Shown piece by piece: positions 1 to 9,393 of a stretch of 64,000 nt of DNA. Source of the DNA: Permianibacter sp. (lineage in GTDB: Bacteria > Pseudomonadota > Gammaproteobacteria > Enterobacterales > Permianibacteraceae); contig JAYSCY010000006.1 of NCBI GenBank assembly GCA_041914645.1, forward strand, positions 241,647-305,646. Direction: 5' to 3'. The position numbers and the translations under genes are program-made. Positions within the stretch are counted from its first letter, which is position 1, and each line of letters starts with the position of its first letter. The notes under the pieces are model-generated. The model ran no database searches and had not been told where the DNA came from. It saw only the letters and a list, made by a program, of their open reading frames with translations.

Positions 1-452
1 AGTTTGTCATTGCGTAGCGCTTCCTGCCGGAAGGCTTGTTCGACCTGGCGGCCATCGCGGTCGGCGACTTGGCTGCGCAGGAAGTGCATGACGAAGTCGG
101 TCAGTGAATGGGCGAGCTTCTCGCGGCCTTGTGGCGTCGACAATGCGCTCTTGCTGCTGTCGAGCGCGGCAAAGGTGTCTTTTTCCAGCGTGCGGGCGCC
201 GGCCAGGGTGCGCTCCGCGAACAGGGTGAAGGCGTCCGAGATCAGTTCGTTCAGGTCACGGAAGTAGTAGGTGGTGGCGGCCAATGGAACCTGTGCCTCC
301 TGTGCCACCGCCCGGTGCCGGACGGCGCGCAGGCCGTCGCGCACGATGATGCGCAGGGCGGCTTCGAGAATGGCCTGGCGGCGGGCATGACCATCGGCCC
401 GGCGGGTCTTCCGGCCACGGTATTCCATGGTGGCGGGTACGGCTTCTGACAT
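1..452 (-). CDS. TetR/AcrR-family transcriptional regulator, partial (3' end leaves the window)
   Basis: Hand translation of the minus strand from the ATG at complement(450..452) gives MSEAVPATMEYRGRKTRRADGHARRQAILEAALRIIVRDGLRAVRHRAVAQEAQVPLAATTYYFRDLNELISDAF..., a TetR-type N-terminal HTH. The frame stays open to position 1. It is absent from the ORF track because there is no stop in the window. Confidence 0.8.
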   Translation of the reverse strand, partial: MSEAVPATMEYRGRKTRRADGHARRQAILEAALRIIVRDGLRAVRHRAVAQEAQVPLAATTYYFRDLNELISDAFTLFAERTLAGARTLEKDTFAALDSSKSALSTPQGREKLAHSLTDFVMHFLRSQVADRDGRQVEQAFRQEALRNDK

Positions 453-586
453 GGGAGGTTGTCCATTCTGCTCGGGATGCCAGAAGCATAGTCCGTGCGG
501 CGCGATCGTCCAGCGAGCGGCACCGCCGTTTCAGGATTTGGCGGTCAGAATGGCCGTTTCATAACCAATCGTTATCAAGCCCATCC

Positions 587-615
587 TTGCTGGTGCCGGG
601 AAACGCGTGTTAGTT
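587..615 (+). promoter_or_regulatory. Candidate sigma70-type promoter for the ilv leader (TTGCTG, 17 nt spacer, TTAGTT)
   Basis: The hexamers were read by eye about 40 nt upstream of the leader ATG. The match to consensus is weak. Confidence 0.25.
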
Positions 616-656
616 TCGCTGCATCTCAAGTTTACGTGCCTTGTGGAACCCCACTC

Positions 657-752
657 ATGGCTTTGCACCGCAGCAGCATTCTCGTACTCGTACTTATTAC
701 TGTAATCCTCGGATTACGGTGCGGGTCGGTCTGTGCGCGAGGTAAGCGATAA
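657..752 (+). CDS. ilvL: ilv operon leader peptide (31 aa, rich in Ile/Leu/Val)
   Basis: The peptide is MALHRSSILVLVLITVILGLRCGSVCARGKR. Residues 8-20 are 11/13 Ile/Leu/Val. It is followed about 20 nt later by a GC-rich hairpin plus T-run and lies directly upstream of ilvC-ilvGM. It forms the 3' part of track ORF 495..752. Confidence 0.7.
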   Translation: MALHRSSILVLVLITVILGLRCGSVCARGKR

Positions 753-774
753 AGCAAAAAAACCTCCGGAAAAC

Positions 775-815
775 AAACCCCCCGCACCGCAAGGTCCGGG
801 GGGTTTGTCGTTTCT
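775..815 (+). terminator. Attenuator (intrinsic terminator) of the ilv leader
   Basis: The stem AAACCCCCCG (775-784) pairs with CGGGGGGTTT (797-806) around a 12-nt loop, followed by GTCGTTTCT. Confidence 0.65.
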
Positions 816-911
816 GGCGCGCTGAAAAGCCATAACGCAGTGCCGTAGACGGACGTCCATATAGTGTTAGCATCAAGTTTACGTAAACCACGGAAAGCAG
901 GAGTACAAAAA

Positions 912-1988
912 ATGACCAAGATGTATTTTGAACAGGACGTCCAGCCGGCATTGCAGGGCAAGCGCATCACCATCATCGGCTACGGCAGCCAGGGCAAAGC
1001 CCAGGCCCAGAACCTGCGCGATTCGGGTTTTGACGTGACCATCGGCCTGCGCCCGCAAGGCAAGACCTGGATCGCCGCCCAGGCCGACGGCTTCAAGGTC
1101 AAGCCATTTGCCGACGCCACCAAGGACGCCGACGTGGTCATGATCCTGACCCCGGATCTGGTTCAGAAGGCCATCTGGGAACAAGACATTGCCCCGAACA
1201 TCAAGCCGGGCGCGATGCTGATGTTCAGTCACGGTTTCAACATCCACTACAGCCTGATCAAGCCGCCGGCCAACATCGACGTGACCATGGTCGCGCCGAA
1301 AAGCCCGGGCCGCTTGGTGCGCACCGAATACCAGAAAGGCGCCGGTGTGCCGGGCCTGGTTGCCATCCATCAGGATGCGTCCGGTAGCGCTTTTGATCGC
1401 GCGTTGGCCTATGCCCACGGCATCGGCTGCACCCGCGCCGGCGTGCTGCAAACCACCTTTGCCGAGGAAACCGAAACCGATCTGTTCGGCGAGCAAGCTG
1501 TGCTGTGCGGTGGTGCCACCGAACTGGTCGCCGCTGGCTTCGACACGTTGGTCAAAGCCGGTTACCAGCCGGAAGTGGCCTACTACGAATGCCTGCACGA
1601 ACTGAAGCTGATCGTCGATCTGCTGTACGAAGGCGGCTTCGCCCGCATGCACGATTTCGTTTCCGACACGGCCAAGTATGGCGACCTGAGCCGCGGTCCG
1701 CGCGTGGTCGATGCCGGCACCCGCGAGCGCATGGCCAAAATTCTCGACGAGATCCGCACTGGCGAATTTGCCCGCGAATGGATTGCCGAGCACGAGTCGG
1801 GCGGCAAGCGCTACCGCGCGCTGATGGAGGCCGATCTGGCCCACCCGATTGAGAAAGTCGGTGCCGAGCTGCGCGCGCACATGCGTTGGTTGCCGGGCAA
1901 TCAGAAAGCCGAGCCGGCCAATGCTACGGCAGGCGGCGGTGCACTGAGTTCGAAAGCGGTCGCCTTTCGCGAAACCGAGAAGTACTGA
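912..1988 (+). CDS. ilvC: Ketol-acid reductoisomerase
   Basis: The N-terminus is [42 protein letters not shown]... (class I KARI). AGGAG lies 9 nt upstream of the ATG at 912. The longer track ORF from 864 is rejected. Confidence 0.95.
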   Translation: MTKMYFEQDVQPALQGKRITIIGYGSQGKAQAQNLRDSGFDVTIGLRPQGKTWIAAQADGFKVKPFADATKDADVVMILTPDLVQKAIWEQDIAPNIKPGAMLMFSHGFNIHYSLIKPPANIDVTMVAPKSPGRLVRTEYQKGAGVPGLVAIHQDASGSAFDRALAYAHGIGCTRAGVLQTTFAEETETDLFGEQAVLCGGATELVAAGFDTLVKAGYQPEVAYYECLHELKLIVDLLYEGGFARMHDFVSDTAKYGDLSRGPRVVDAGTRERMAKILDEIRTGEFAREWIAEHESGGKRYRALMEADLAHPIEKVGAELRAHMRWLPGNQKAEPANATAGGGALSSKAVAFRETEKY

Positions 1989-2028
1989 GTCAGTCAACGA
2001 CAACGGCAAGCGAAAAGGAAACTCTAAC

Positions 2029-3687
2029 GTGAACGGCGCGCAAGCATTGTGCAAAGCCCTGGAAGCCGAAGGTGTCGAAATCATCTTCGGCTACCCGGGT
2101 GGCGCCATCATGCCGGTGTACGACGCGCTGCTGGACAGCAAGCTGCAGCATATTTTGTGTCGGCACGAGCAAGGCGCGGCGTTGGCCGCGGACGGGTTTG
2201 CCCGGGCCAGTGGTCGTCTGGGTGTGTGTATGGCGACCAGTGGCCCGGGCGCCACCAATCTCATCACCGGCATCGCCAATGCCTACATGGATTCGGTGCC
2301 GATGCTGGCGATTACCGGCCAGGTGGCCAACCCGCTGATCGGCACCGATGCCTTTCAGGAAGTGGATGTGTTTGGCATGACCCTGCCAATCGTCAAGCAC
2401 TCGTTTCTGGTGCGCGACGTCAACGACTTGCCGCGCATCGTTCACGAAGCCTGTCGGATCGCCATGGGCGGTCGGCCGGGTCCGGTGTTGATCGATATTC
2501 CGAAAGATGTGCAAAACGCGATTTGTACCGCCGAACTGGCGATGCCGAAAGCAGAGAAAGCAAGCGACCTGGATCGCGCCGGCCTGCACCAGGCGCGGGC
2601 GCTGATTTCGTCTGCGCAGCGGCCTTTGCTGTATGTCGGTGGCGGCGTCGTGCTGGGCAATGCCAGCCATGCCCTGCGCGAGTTTGTCGAGGCGACGCAG
2701 ATCCCGCTGGTCAGCACACTGAAAGGACTGGGTGCGGTCTCGTTCGAGCATCCACTGAACCTCGGCATGCTGGGCATGCACGGTACCAAGGCGGCCAATT
2801 TCGCGGTCCAGCGCAGCGATTTGCTGATCGTGGTCGGCGCTCGCTTTGATGACCGCGCCACCGGCAAGCTGGCCGCGTTTGCACCGAATGCGCGAGTCGT
2901 GCATCTGGATATCGATGACGCCGAATTCGACAAACTGCGGCACGCCCAGGTCAGTTTGCGCGGCGATTTGAATCGCTTGCTGCCGGCCTTGGCCGTGCCG
3001 TCGCATTGCGGGGCCTGGCGGCAACAATGTCTGGCCGACAAGGCGGCGTTTGCCTTTCGCTACGACGCCCCGGGCACTGGCATCTATGCACCGGGCCTGT
3101 TGGCGGCACTGTCGAAACAGGCGGATGAAAACACCTATATCAGTTGCGATGTTGGTCAGCACCAGATGTGGGTCGCTCAGCACTACGGGTTTCGGGCGCC
3201 GCGTCAGCATTTGTCGAGCGGTGGTCTGGGCACCATGGGTTATGGCTTGCCGGCGGCAATCGGTGCCCAACTGGCCTGCCCGGAGGCACGGGTGATTTGT
3301 GTCAGCGGCGATGGTTCGTTCCAGATGAATCTGCAGGAGCTGGCCACCATCAACCGCTACAAGCTGCCGGTGAAAATCGTGCTGCTCGACAATCAGGCGC
3401 TCGGCATGGTCCGGCAATGGCAGCAGCTGTTCTTTGCCGGCCGTTACAGCGAAATCGATCTGTCCGACAACCCGGATTTTGTCGCGCTGGCGAAAGCGTT
3501 CGGCATTCCGGCGGTGCGCATCGACTCGCGCGCCCAGCAGGACGAAGCGATTCGCTTGCTGTTGGAAACCGAAGGCCCATTGCTGCTGCATGTGGCCATC
3601 AATCCGCAAGAAAACGTCTGGCCGCTGGTCGCGCCGGGCAAAGCTAACGATGACATGATGGAAGGAGAGGACGCATGGACAACGTGA
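2029..3687 (+). CDS. ilvG: Acetolactate synthase (AHAS) large subunit, isozyme II type
   Basis: 552 aa with a GTG start. The protein reads [34 protein letters not shown]...[15 protein letters not shown] (ThDP-binding motifs). It is followed by an ilvM-type small subunit. Confidence 0.93.
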   Translation: MNGAQALCKALEAEGVEIIFGYPGGAIMPVYDALLDSKLQHILCRHEQGAALAADGFARASGRLGVCMATSGPGATNLITGIANAYMDSVPMLAITGQVANPLIGTDAFQEVDVFGMTLPIVKHSFLVRDVNDLPRIVHEACRIAMGGRPGPVLIDIPKDVQNAICTAELAMPKAEKASDLDRAGLHQARALISSAQRPLLYVGGGVVLGNASHALREFVEATQIPLVSTLKGLGAVSFEHPLNLGMLGMHGTKAANFAVQRSDLLIVVGARFDDRATGKLAAFAPNARVVHLDIDDAEFDKLRHAQVSLRGDLNRLLPALAVPSHCGAWRQQCLADKAAFAFRYDAPGTGIYAPGLLAALSKQADENTYISCDVGQHQMWVAQHYGFRAPRQHLSSGGLGTMGYGLPAAIGAQLACPEARVICVSGDGSFQMNLQELATINRYKLPVKIVLLDNQALGMVRQWQQLFFAGRYSEIDLSDNPDFVALAKAFGIPAVRIDSRAQQDEAIRLLLETEGPLLLHVAINPQENVWPLVAPGKANDDMMEGEDAWTT

Positions 3688-3932
3688 TGTTTCTGACCGT
3701 TCGCAACAGTGAAGGCGCGCTGGAGCGTTTGCTGCGCGTGACCCGTCATCGTGGCTTTGCCATCGATTCGCTGCTGGTGCAGAACGGCCGTGACCCGTCG
3801 CTGTATGAAGTCACGCTGCGGTTGTCGGGCGAGCGCGAAGGCGAGAACCTGCGCAAGCAGCTGGCCAAGCTGGTCGATGTTGTCGCCGTGCAGGCGATGG
3901 CAGCGCAGCCGATGCTGCGTAACGCGGTGTGA
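3675..3932 (+). CDS. ilvM: Acetolactate synthase II small subunit
   Basis: 85 aa containing ...[18 protein letters not shown]...[10 protein letters not shown], which matches the IlvM core LERVLRVVRHRGF as I remember it. It overlaps the ilvG end. An alternative start at 3687 would give a TGATG overlap. Confidence 0.85.
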   Translation: MDNVMFLTVRNSEGALERLLRVTRHRGFAIDSLLVQNGRDPSLYEVTLRLSGEREGENLRKQLAKLVDVVAVQAMAAQPMLRNAV

Positions 3933-3952
3933 CGGTCTAAAAGCAGAGCGAC

Positions 3953-5635
3953 ATGACGCAAGCGGTTTTTCTCTACGACACCACGCTGCGCGATGGCGCC
4001 CAGCGGCAAGGCATCAGCTTTTCGCTGAATGACAAGCTGCGGATCACGCAATTGCTGGCCGACTTTGGCATGGACTACCTCGAAGGTGGCTGGCCAGGCT
4101 CGAATCCGAAAGATGCCGAGTATTTTCGGCAAGTGCGTGATCTGCAGTTGCCGGACACCCGCATTGCGGCCTTCGGCAGCACCCGTCGGGTAGACCGGGC
4201 TGCCAGCACAGATCCGCAGCTGCTGGCGTTGCTGGAAGCGCAGACGCCGGTGGTGACGTTGGTGGGAAAAAGTTCGCCGCTGCATGTCGAGTATATTTTG
4301 CGGACGACGCGTGAAGACAACCTCAAGGTCATCTACGACAGCGTCAAATTGATGAAGGACGAAGGCCGGGAAGTGGTGCTCGATGCCGAGCATTTCTTCG
4401 ATGGTTTTGTCGAAGACAGTGAATACGCGCTGGCCTGCCTGCAGGCCGCGAGCGAGGCCGGCGCCGACTGGCTGGTGCTGTGTGACACCAATGGCGGCAG
4501 CCTGCCGGATCGCATTGCCACCACCGTTGCGGCGGTGAGTGCTGCGGTACCGACCCCGCTTGGCGTGCATGCGCATAACGACAGCGAACTGGCGGTGGCC
4601 AACTCGCTGGCAGCCGTTGCGGCAGGTGCCCGGCAGGTGCAAGGTACCATCAACGGTATCGGCGAGCGCTGCGGCAATGCCAATCTGGTATCGATACTGG
4701 CGAATCTGACGCTGAAAACGCGCTATCGCTGCAAGGCCGCCGCCCAGTTGGCGATGCTGACCGGCCTGTCGCGGGCGGTGGCCGATATCGCCAATCTGGC
4801 GCCGGATGCCTTTGCGCCCTTTGTCGGCGTCAACGCGTTTGCCCACAAGGGCGGGCTGCATGTTGCGGCCATTGAAAAGCTGCAGGCGAGTTATGAACAC
4901 ATCGATCCGCTGCAGGTTGGCAATGGTCGTCAGGTCGTGGTGTCGGAGCTGGCCGGTCGCGGCAATGTCCGCATGCGGGCACGCGAACTGGGGCTGGAGT
5001 TGCAGGGCGAAGAACAGGCGGTTGCCGAGCAAATCAAACAGGCAGAAGCGCGTGGTCTGCAGCTCGAAACGGCCGATGGCAGCTTCGAACTGATTGTGCG
5101 CCGGCATCAGGCCGATTATCAGGCGCCTTTCGCCGTGCGTGATCTGCATGTGCACACCGCGCAACGGGAAGGGGTAAGTGAACCCAGCCTGGCCACCGCC
5201 AAGGTACGGGTTTCGGGCGCGGAAACCTTGACGGCTGCCGAAGCAACCGGTCCGGTAGCCGCCATCGATGCGGCGCTCAGAAAGGCGTTGAAGCCGTTCT
5301 ATCCGGAACTGGAAGGGGTACGCCTGACCGATTACAAGGTGCGGATTCTGGATCCGGAAGCGGCGACCGGCGCCACAACACGGGTCTGGATCGAAGCGGC
5401 CTATGGCGAGCAACGTTGGTGTACCGTGGGCTGCTCCGACAATATCATTGCAGCCAGTGCGGAAGCACTGCTCGACAGTCTGGAATTATTTGTGCTGCGG
5501 TTACGGTGTCCGCGCTTTGCCGCGCAGCACATCACTGATATATCTATCGGAAGCCTGTCCACCGATTTGAAACACGACATCAACCAAGGAAACCCACATG
5601 GCCGCACTGAACGCACCTGCGAAAATCTGGCATAA
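3953..5635 (+). CDS. cimA: (R)-citramalate synthase (LeuA/CimA family, LeuA_dimer type)
   Basis: The N-terminus MTQAVFLYDTTLRDGAQRQGISFSLNDKLRITQLLADFGMDYLEGGWPGSNPKDAEYF...AAFGSTRR is the signature of the CimA clade (Geobacter/Leptospira type) rather than classical LeuA. The 3' end overlaps ilvE by 38 nt. Confidence 0.8.
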   Translation: MTQAVFLYDTTLRDGAQRQGISFSLNDKLRITQLLADFGMDYLEGGWPGSNPKDAEYFRQVRDLQLPDTRIAAFGSTRRVDRAASTDPQLLALLEAQTPVVTLVGKSSPLHVEYILRTTREDNLKVIYDSVKLMKDEGREVVLDAEHFFDGFVEDSEYALACLQAASEAGADWLVLCDTNGGSLPDRIATTVAAVSAAVPTPLGVHAHNDSELAVANSLAAVAAGARQVQGTINGIGERCGNANLVSILANLTLKTRYRCKAAAQLAMLTGLSRAVADIANLAPDAFAPFVGVNAFAHKGGLHVAAIEKLQASYEHIDPLQVGNGRQVVVSELAGRGNVRMRARELGLELQGEEQAVAEQIKQAEARGLQLETADGSFELIVRRHQADYQAPFAVRDLHVHTAQREGVSEPSLATAKVRVSGAETLTAAEATGPVAAIDAALRKALKPFYPELEGVRLTDYKVRILDPEAATGATTRVWIEAAYGEQRWCTVGCSDNIIAASAEALLDSLELFVLRLRCPRFAAQHITDISIGSLSTDLKHDINQGNPHGRTERTCENLA

Positions 5636-6563
5636 CGGCCAGATCAAACCCTGGGCCGATGCCACTGTGCATGTGATGACCCATGCGCTGCACTACGGCT
5701 CCTCGGTATTTGAAGGCATTCGCGCCTATGACACGCCGTCGGGCACGGCGATTTTTAGGCTCGGTGATCACATTCAGCGCCTGTACGACTCGGCCAAGAT
5801 TTACCGGATGGATATCCCGTACACCCGTCATGACGTCGAATCGGCCTGCAAGGAAATTGTCCGGACCAACGGTTTGAAGTCGGCCTACCTGCGGCCGATG
5901 GCGTATGTCGGGTATGGCGGTATCGGCATTGTGCCGGATGCCGACACGCCGATTGATTTGGTGGTTGCTGCCTTCGAATGGGGGGCCTATCTGGGCGCCG
6001 GCACTCAGGAAACCGGAGTTGATGTGGGCGTGTCGAGTTGGCACCGGCTGGCGCCGAACACGATGCCGACCGGCGCGAAGGCTGGCGGCAACTATCTGTC
6101 AGGGGCTCTTATCGCCCGTGAAGCGCGCCGACACGGTTACCACGAAGGTCTGGCGCTGGATCACAACAACATGGTCTCGGAAGGGGCGGGCCAGAACGTG
6201 TTTCTGGTCAAGAACAAAACGATTTTTACACCGCCGCTGACTGCGTCGATTCTGCCGGGCATTACCCGCGACACCGTGATGGTGTTGGCGAAAGAGCTGG
6301 GTTATCAGGTGCGCGAAGAGAACATCGCCCGCGAAGCACTCTATGTGGCTGATGAAATGTTCCTGTGTGGTACCGCCTCGGAAATCGTGCCGGTTCGTAC
6401 CGTCGACGGCTTGAAAGTCGGTGCCGGCAAGCGTGGCCCGGTGACCGAAGCCATCCAGAAGAAATTTTTCGGCCTGTTCAATGGCCAGACCCCCGATGTC
6501 TGGGGTTGGCTGGATCCGGTTGAGAATCCGACCTCGGCGTTTGTGCACGCGGCTTACGCCTGA
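5598..6563 (+). CDS. ilvE: Branched-chain amino-acid aminotransferase
   Basis: 321 aa reading ...IWHNGQIKPWADATVHVMTHALHYGSSVFEGIRAY...GGNYLSGALIAREARRHGYHEGLALD... A Shine-Dalgarno sequence (SD) AAGGAA lies upstream. Confidence 0.93.
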   Translation: MAALNAPAKIWHNGQIKPWADATVHVMTHALHYGSSVFEGIRAYDTPSGTAIFRLGDHIQRLYDSAKIYRMDIPYTRHDVESACKEIVRTNGLKSAYLRPMAYVGYGGIGIVPDADTPIDLVVAAFEWGAYLGAGTQETGVDVGVSSWHRLAPNTMPTGAKAGGNYLSGALIAREARRHGYHEGLALDHNNMVSEGAGQNVFLVKNKTIFTPPLTASILPGITRDTVMVLAKELGYQVREENIAREALYVADEMFLCGTASEIVPVRTVDGLKVGAGKRGPVTEAIQKKFFGLFNGQTPDVWGWLDPVENPTSAFVHAAYA

Positions 6564-6593
6564 TGCTTTACCTGACTGAGTAGGCTTTGCAAG

Positions 6594-6680
6594 CATCACC
6601 CTCATCCAACCTTCTCCCATCAAGGGAGAAGGCTTATAGGTCCTCTCCCTTGATGGGAGAGGATTCAGGTGAGGGTGATG
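6594..6680. repeat. REP/MITE-like palindromic intergenic element, family 1
   Basis: Two inverted arms of about 39 nt: CATCACCCTCATCCAACCTTCTCCCATCAAGGGAGAAGG and CCTCTCCCTTGATGGGAGAGGATTCAGGTGAGGGTGATG. The same family occurs at 25237-25337. Confidence 0.85.
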
Positions 6681-6782
6681 CCTGATATCGCTCTGTAATA
6701 AAACTGCTGAGGCAATTGCCAATCAGGATTTCAGTGGGTGCAGCCTTGGCTGCTCCTACATGCTGTTTAACTGGATTCTTTC

Positions 6783-8630
6783 ATGCCGACCTACCGCTCC
6801 AAAACCACCTTCACCGGCCGCAACATGGCCGGCGCCCGCGCGCTCTGGCGCGCGACCGGCCTCGGTGACAACGATTTCCACAAGCCGCTGATTGCAGTGG
6901 TCAACTCGTATTCGCAGTTTGTTCCGGGTCATGTCCATCTGAAGCAGATTGGTGAGCTGGTTTCGGAAGCCGTGCGCGGCGCCGGCGGGGTGCCGCGCGA
7001 GTTCAATACCATTGCCATTGACGACGGTATCGCGATGGGCCATGGCGGCATGCTGTACAGCTTGCCGTCGCGGGAATTGATCGCCGATTCGGTTGAGTAT
7101 GTTGCCAATGGTCATTGCGTCGACGCGATGATCTGCATTTCCAATTGCGACAAGATCACGCCCGGCATGCTGCTGGCGGCGCTGAGGCTGAATATCCCGG
7201 CGGTGTTTGTCTCCGGCGGACCGATGGAAGCCGGAAAGGTTGTGCGCGGTGGCGAAACCATCAAGCTCGATCTGGTCGATGCCATGGTAATGGCGGCCGA
7301 CCCGAGTGTTTCCGACGAGCAAGTGGCCGAAACCGAACACAACGCTTGCCCCACCTGCGGCAGTTGCTCCGGCATGTTTACCGCCAATTCGATGAACTGC
7401 CTGCTGGAAGTGCTGGGTCTGGCATTGCCCGGAAATGGCACGATGCTGGCGAGCCACACCGATCGGCGCGAGTTGTTCGTGCAGGCTGGTAAAACCATCG
7501 TTGAGATCACCAAACGCTATTACGATGGTAACGAGGCGCACCTGCTGCCGCGCGCCATTGCCAATTTTGCCGCGTTTGAAAACGCCATGACGCTCGATAT
7601 CGCCATGGGCGGTTCGACCAACACCGTGCTGCATTTGCTGGCCGCCGCACATGAAGCCGGTGTGCCGTTCACGATGCGCGACATCGATCGCTTGTCGAAA
7701 AAAGTGCCGCACCTGTGCAAAGTTGCGCCGTCGACCCAGAAATATCACATCGAAGATGTGCATCGTGCCGGTGGTGTGTACGGCATTCTGGCCGAATTGA
7801 ACCGGGCCGCGTTGCTGCACAGCGACACCTACACCGTGCACAGCAGCACACTGGGCGATGCCATTGCCAAACATGACATCACCGGAAAGGTGAGTGAGGC
7901 GACGCGTGAATTCTATCGCGCCGCGCCCGGCGGTTTGCGCAGCAGTCAGGCATTCAGTCAAAGCGCACGCTGGCCGAGCTTGGATGCGGATCGCGACAAC
8001 GGCTGCATCCGCAACCAAGCGCATGCCTATTCGCAGGATGGCGGGCTTGCCGTGTTGACCGGCAATCTGGCGGTCGATGGTTGCATCGTCAAGACCGCTG
8101 GCGTCGACGAAAGCTGTCTGCGCTTCAACGGTCGTGCCCGGGTGTTCGAGTCACAAGATGACGCAGTGACCGCGATTCTTGCCGACCAGATTGTTGCCGG
8201 CGATGTCGTGGTCATTCGCTACGAAGGGCCGCGCGGCGGCCCCGGCATGCAGGAAATGCTGTACCCGACCAGTTACCTGAAGGCCAAGGGCCTTGGCAAA
8301 GCCTGCGCCCTGATCACCGATGGCCGCTTCTCTGGCGGTACCTCCGGTTTGTCGATTGGCCATGTCTCGCCGGAAGCGGCCAGCGGCGGCGCGATTGCGT
8401 TGGTGCAGGAAGGTGACCAAATCGTTATCGACATCCCGGCGCGCCGGATCGAACTGCAGGTGAGCAGCGACGAGCTGGCCCGCCGGCAAGCGGCTGAGCA
8501 GGCACGTGGCGCACTTGCCTACACCCCGGTGGCACGTCAGCGCGTGGTCTCACAGGCGCTGCGGGCCTACGCGCTGTTTGCCAGCAGTGCCGATCGCGGC
8601 GCGGTCCGGGTACTGCCGTCTGAACAGTAA
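6783..8630 (+). CDS. ilvD: Dihydroxy-acid dehydratase
   Basis: 615 aa reading [53 protein letters not shown]...CDKITPGML... Confidence 0.96.
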   Translation: MPTYRSKTTFTGRNMAGARALWRATGLGDNDFHKPLIAVVNSYSQFVPGHVHLKQIGELVSEAVRGAGGVPREFNTIAIDDGIAMGHGGMLYSLPSRELIADSVEYVANGHCVDAMICISNCDKITPGMLLAALRLNIPAVFVSGGPMEAGKVVRGGETIKLDLVDAMVMAADPSVSDEQVAETEHNACPTCGSCSGMFTANSMNCLLEVLGLALPGNGTMLASHTDRRELFVQAGKTIVEITKRYYDGNEAHLLPRAIANFAAFENAMTLDIAMGGSTNTVLHLLAAAHEAGVPFTMRDIDRLSKKVPHLCKVAPSTQKYHIEDVHRAGGVYGILAELNRAALLHSDTYTVHSSTLGDAIAKHDITGKVSEATREFYRAAPGGLRSSQAFSQSARWPSLDADRDNGCIRNQAHAYSQDGGLAVLTGNLAVDGCIVKTAGVDESCLRFNGRARVFESQDDAVTAILADQIVAGDVVVIRYEGPRGGPGMQEMLYPTSYLKAKGLGKACALITDGRFSGGTSGLSIGHVSPEAASGGAIALVQEGDQIVIDIPARRIELQVSSDELARRQAAEQARGALAYTPVARQRVVSQALRAYALFASSADRGAVRVLPSEQ

Positions 8631-8791
8631 GCGTCGGATTCGCGCGGCCGGTCACATTGCCGGCCGCCATCCGGCGCAGCACTGCGTTATCATCCCGCTT
8701 CTGAAAATCGCGTTACCGGCCTGGCCGGTGACCTGTCCTTCTGGGCTGTGTGGCGGCGGCACCTTTCCGTGCATCACGGCCTGTGTGGTAG

Positions 8792-9340
8792 ATGATGCGC
8801 AAACTCGATCCCGGCAAGTTATTCCCCATTATTTTCTCGCTCGAGCGAGTACCGTCTTTTGTTCCGGATGACGCCCTCTGTGACACCTTCGCGCCGGGTC
8901 TGACCATTGTCTTCGCGGTCGAAGACGGGCTAAGCCGGACCTTCATTACCGAAGCCAATGTTCAGGCACTCGGTCTGCAACGTTATGAGCTGCTATTGAA
9001 TGCAATGAACAACCTGCGCGAGCGGCTCTCGAAAGTGGAGCGGCTGGGGCGCGGACCTACTTACTTGCTGAAAGCCAATGGCCGCGATGAAGCCTGTCTG
9101 TTGCTGCTCGATCAGTTCTGGGAGGGCATGGCGAAAGAAGTGGAAGGCGAGCTACTGGTCGCCGTGCCGGCGCAGGCTTGCCTCGTGTTCACCGACTCGA
9201 AGGCGAAATCGGGTCTGGTGATGCTGAAAGCGGCGATCAAGGCATTGGCAGGCAGCGGTGACGCCCGGCTCAGTGAACGAATCTATGTTCGTCGCAATGG
9301 CGGGTGGGAAGAATACGGCACCGCTGCAGTTGTGATTTGA
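8792..9340 (+). CDS. Hypothetical protein
   Basis: A 182-aa ORF with coding-like composition and no motif I can name. It is followed by a strong bidirectional terminator. Confidence 0.55.
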   Translation: MMRKLDPGKLFPIIFSLERVPSFVPDDALCDTFAPGLTIVFAVEDGLSRTFITEANVQALGLQRYELLLNAMNNLRERLSKVERLGRGPTYLLKANGRDEACLLLLDQFWEGMAKEVEGELLVAVPAQACLVFTDSKAKSGLVMLKAAIKALAGSGDARLSERIYVRRNGGWEEYGTAAVVI

Positions 9341-9350
9341 CGTGTGCGCC

Positions 9351-9382
9351 AAAAAAAACGCCGGTATTGCCGGCGTTTTTTT
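9351..9382. terminator. Bidirectional intrinsic terminator
   Basis: The sequence AAAAAAAACGCCGGTATTGCCGGCGTTTTTTT lies between convergent genes. Confidence 0.85.
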
Positions 9383-9393
9383 CTGGCGACCCG

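Noticed and set aside
864-911. Longer 5' extensions of several track ORFs. Examples are ilvC from 864, the TPR-GGDEF gene from 10274, H-NOX to 36244, the ATCase to 49476, protease 2 to 54726, and the acyltransferase from 59541.
   Set aside because: Internal starts have proper SD spacing and coincide with canonical family N-termini or signal peptides. The extensions overlap neighbouring genes or intergenic repeats.
879-5413. Very long antisense or alternate-frame ORFs. Examples are 879..2084(-), 1990..3609(-) and 3746..5413(-). Others are 6756..8024(-), 24008..25195(+), 33744..34736(+), 40924..42201(-), 43350..45068(-) and 61962..62738(-).
   Set aside because: Each lies opposite to, or out of frame with, a gene that has unmistakable family motifs. 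Their translations are Arg/Gly/Ala/Pro/His-rich low-complexity sequence, typical of shadow ORFs in high-G+C DNA.
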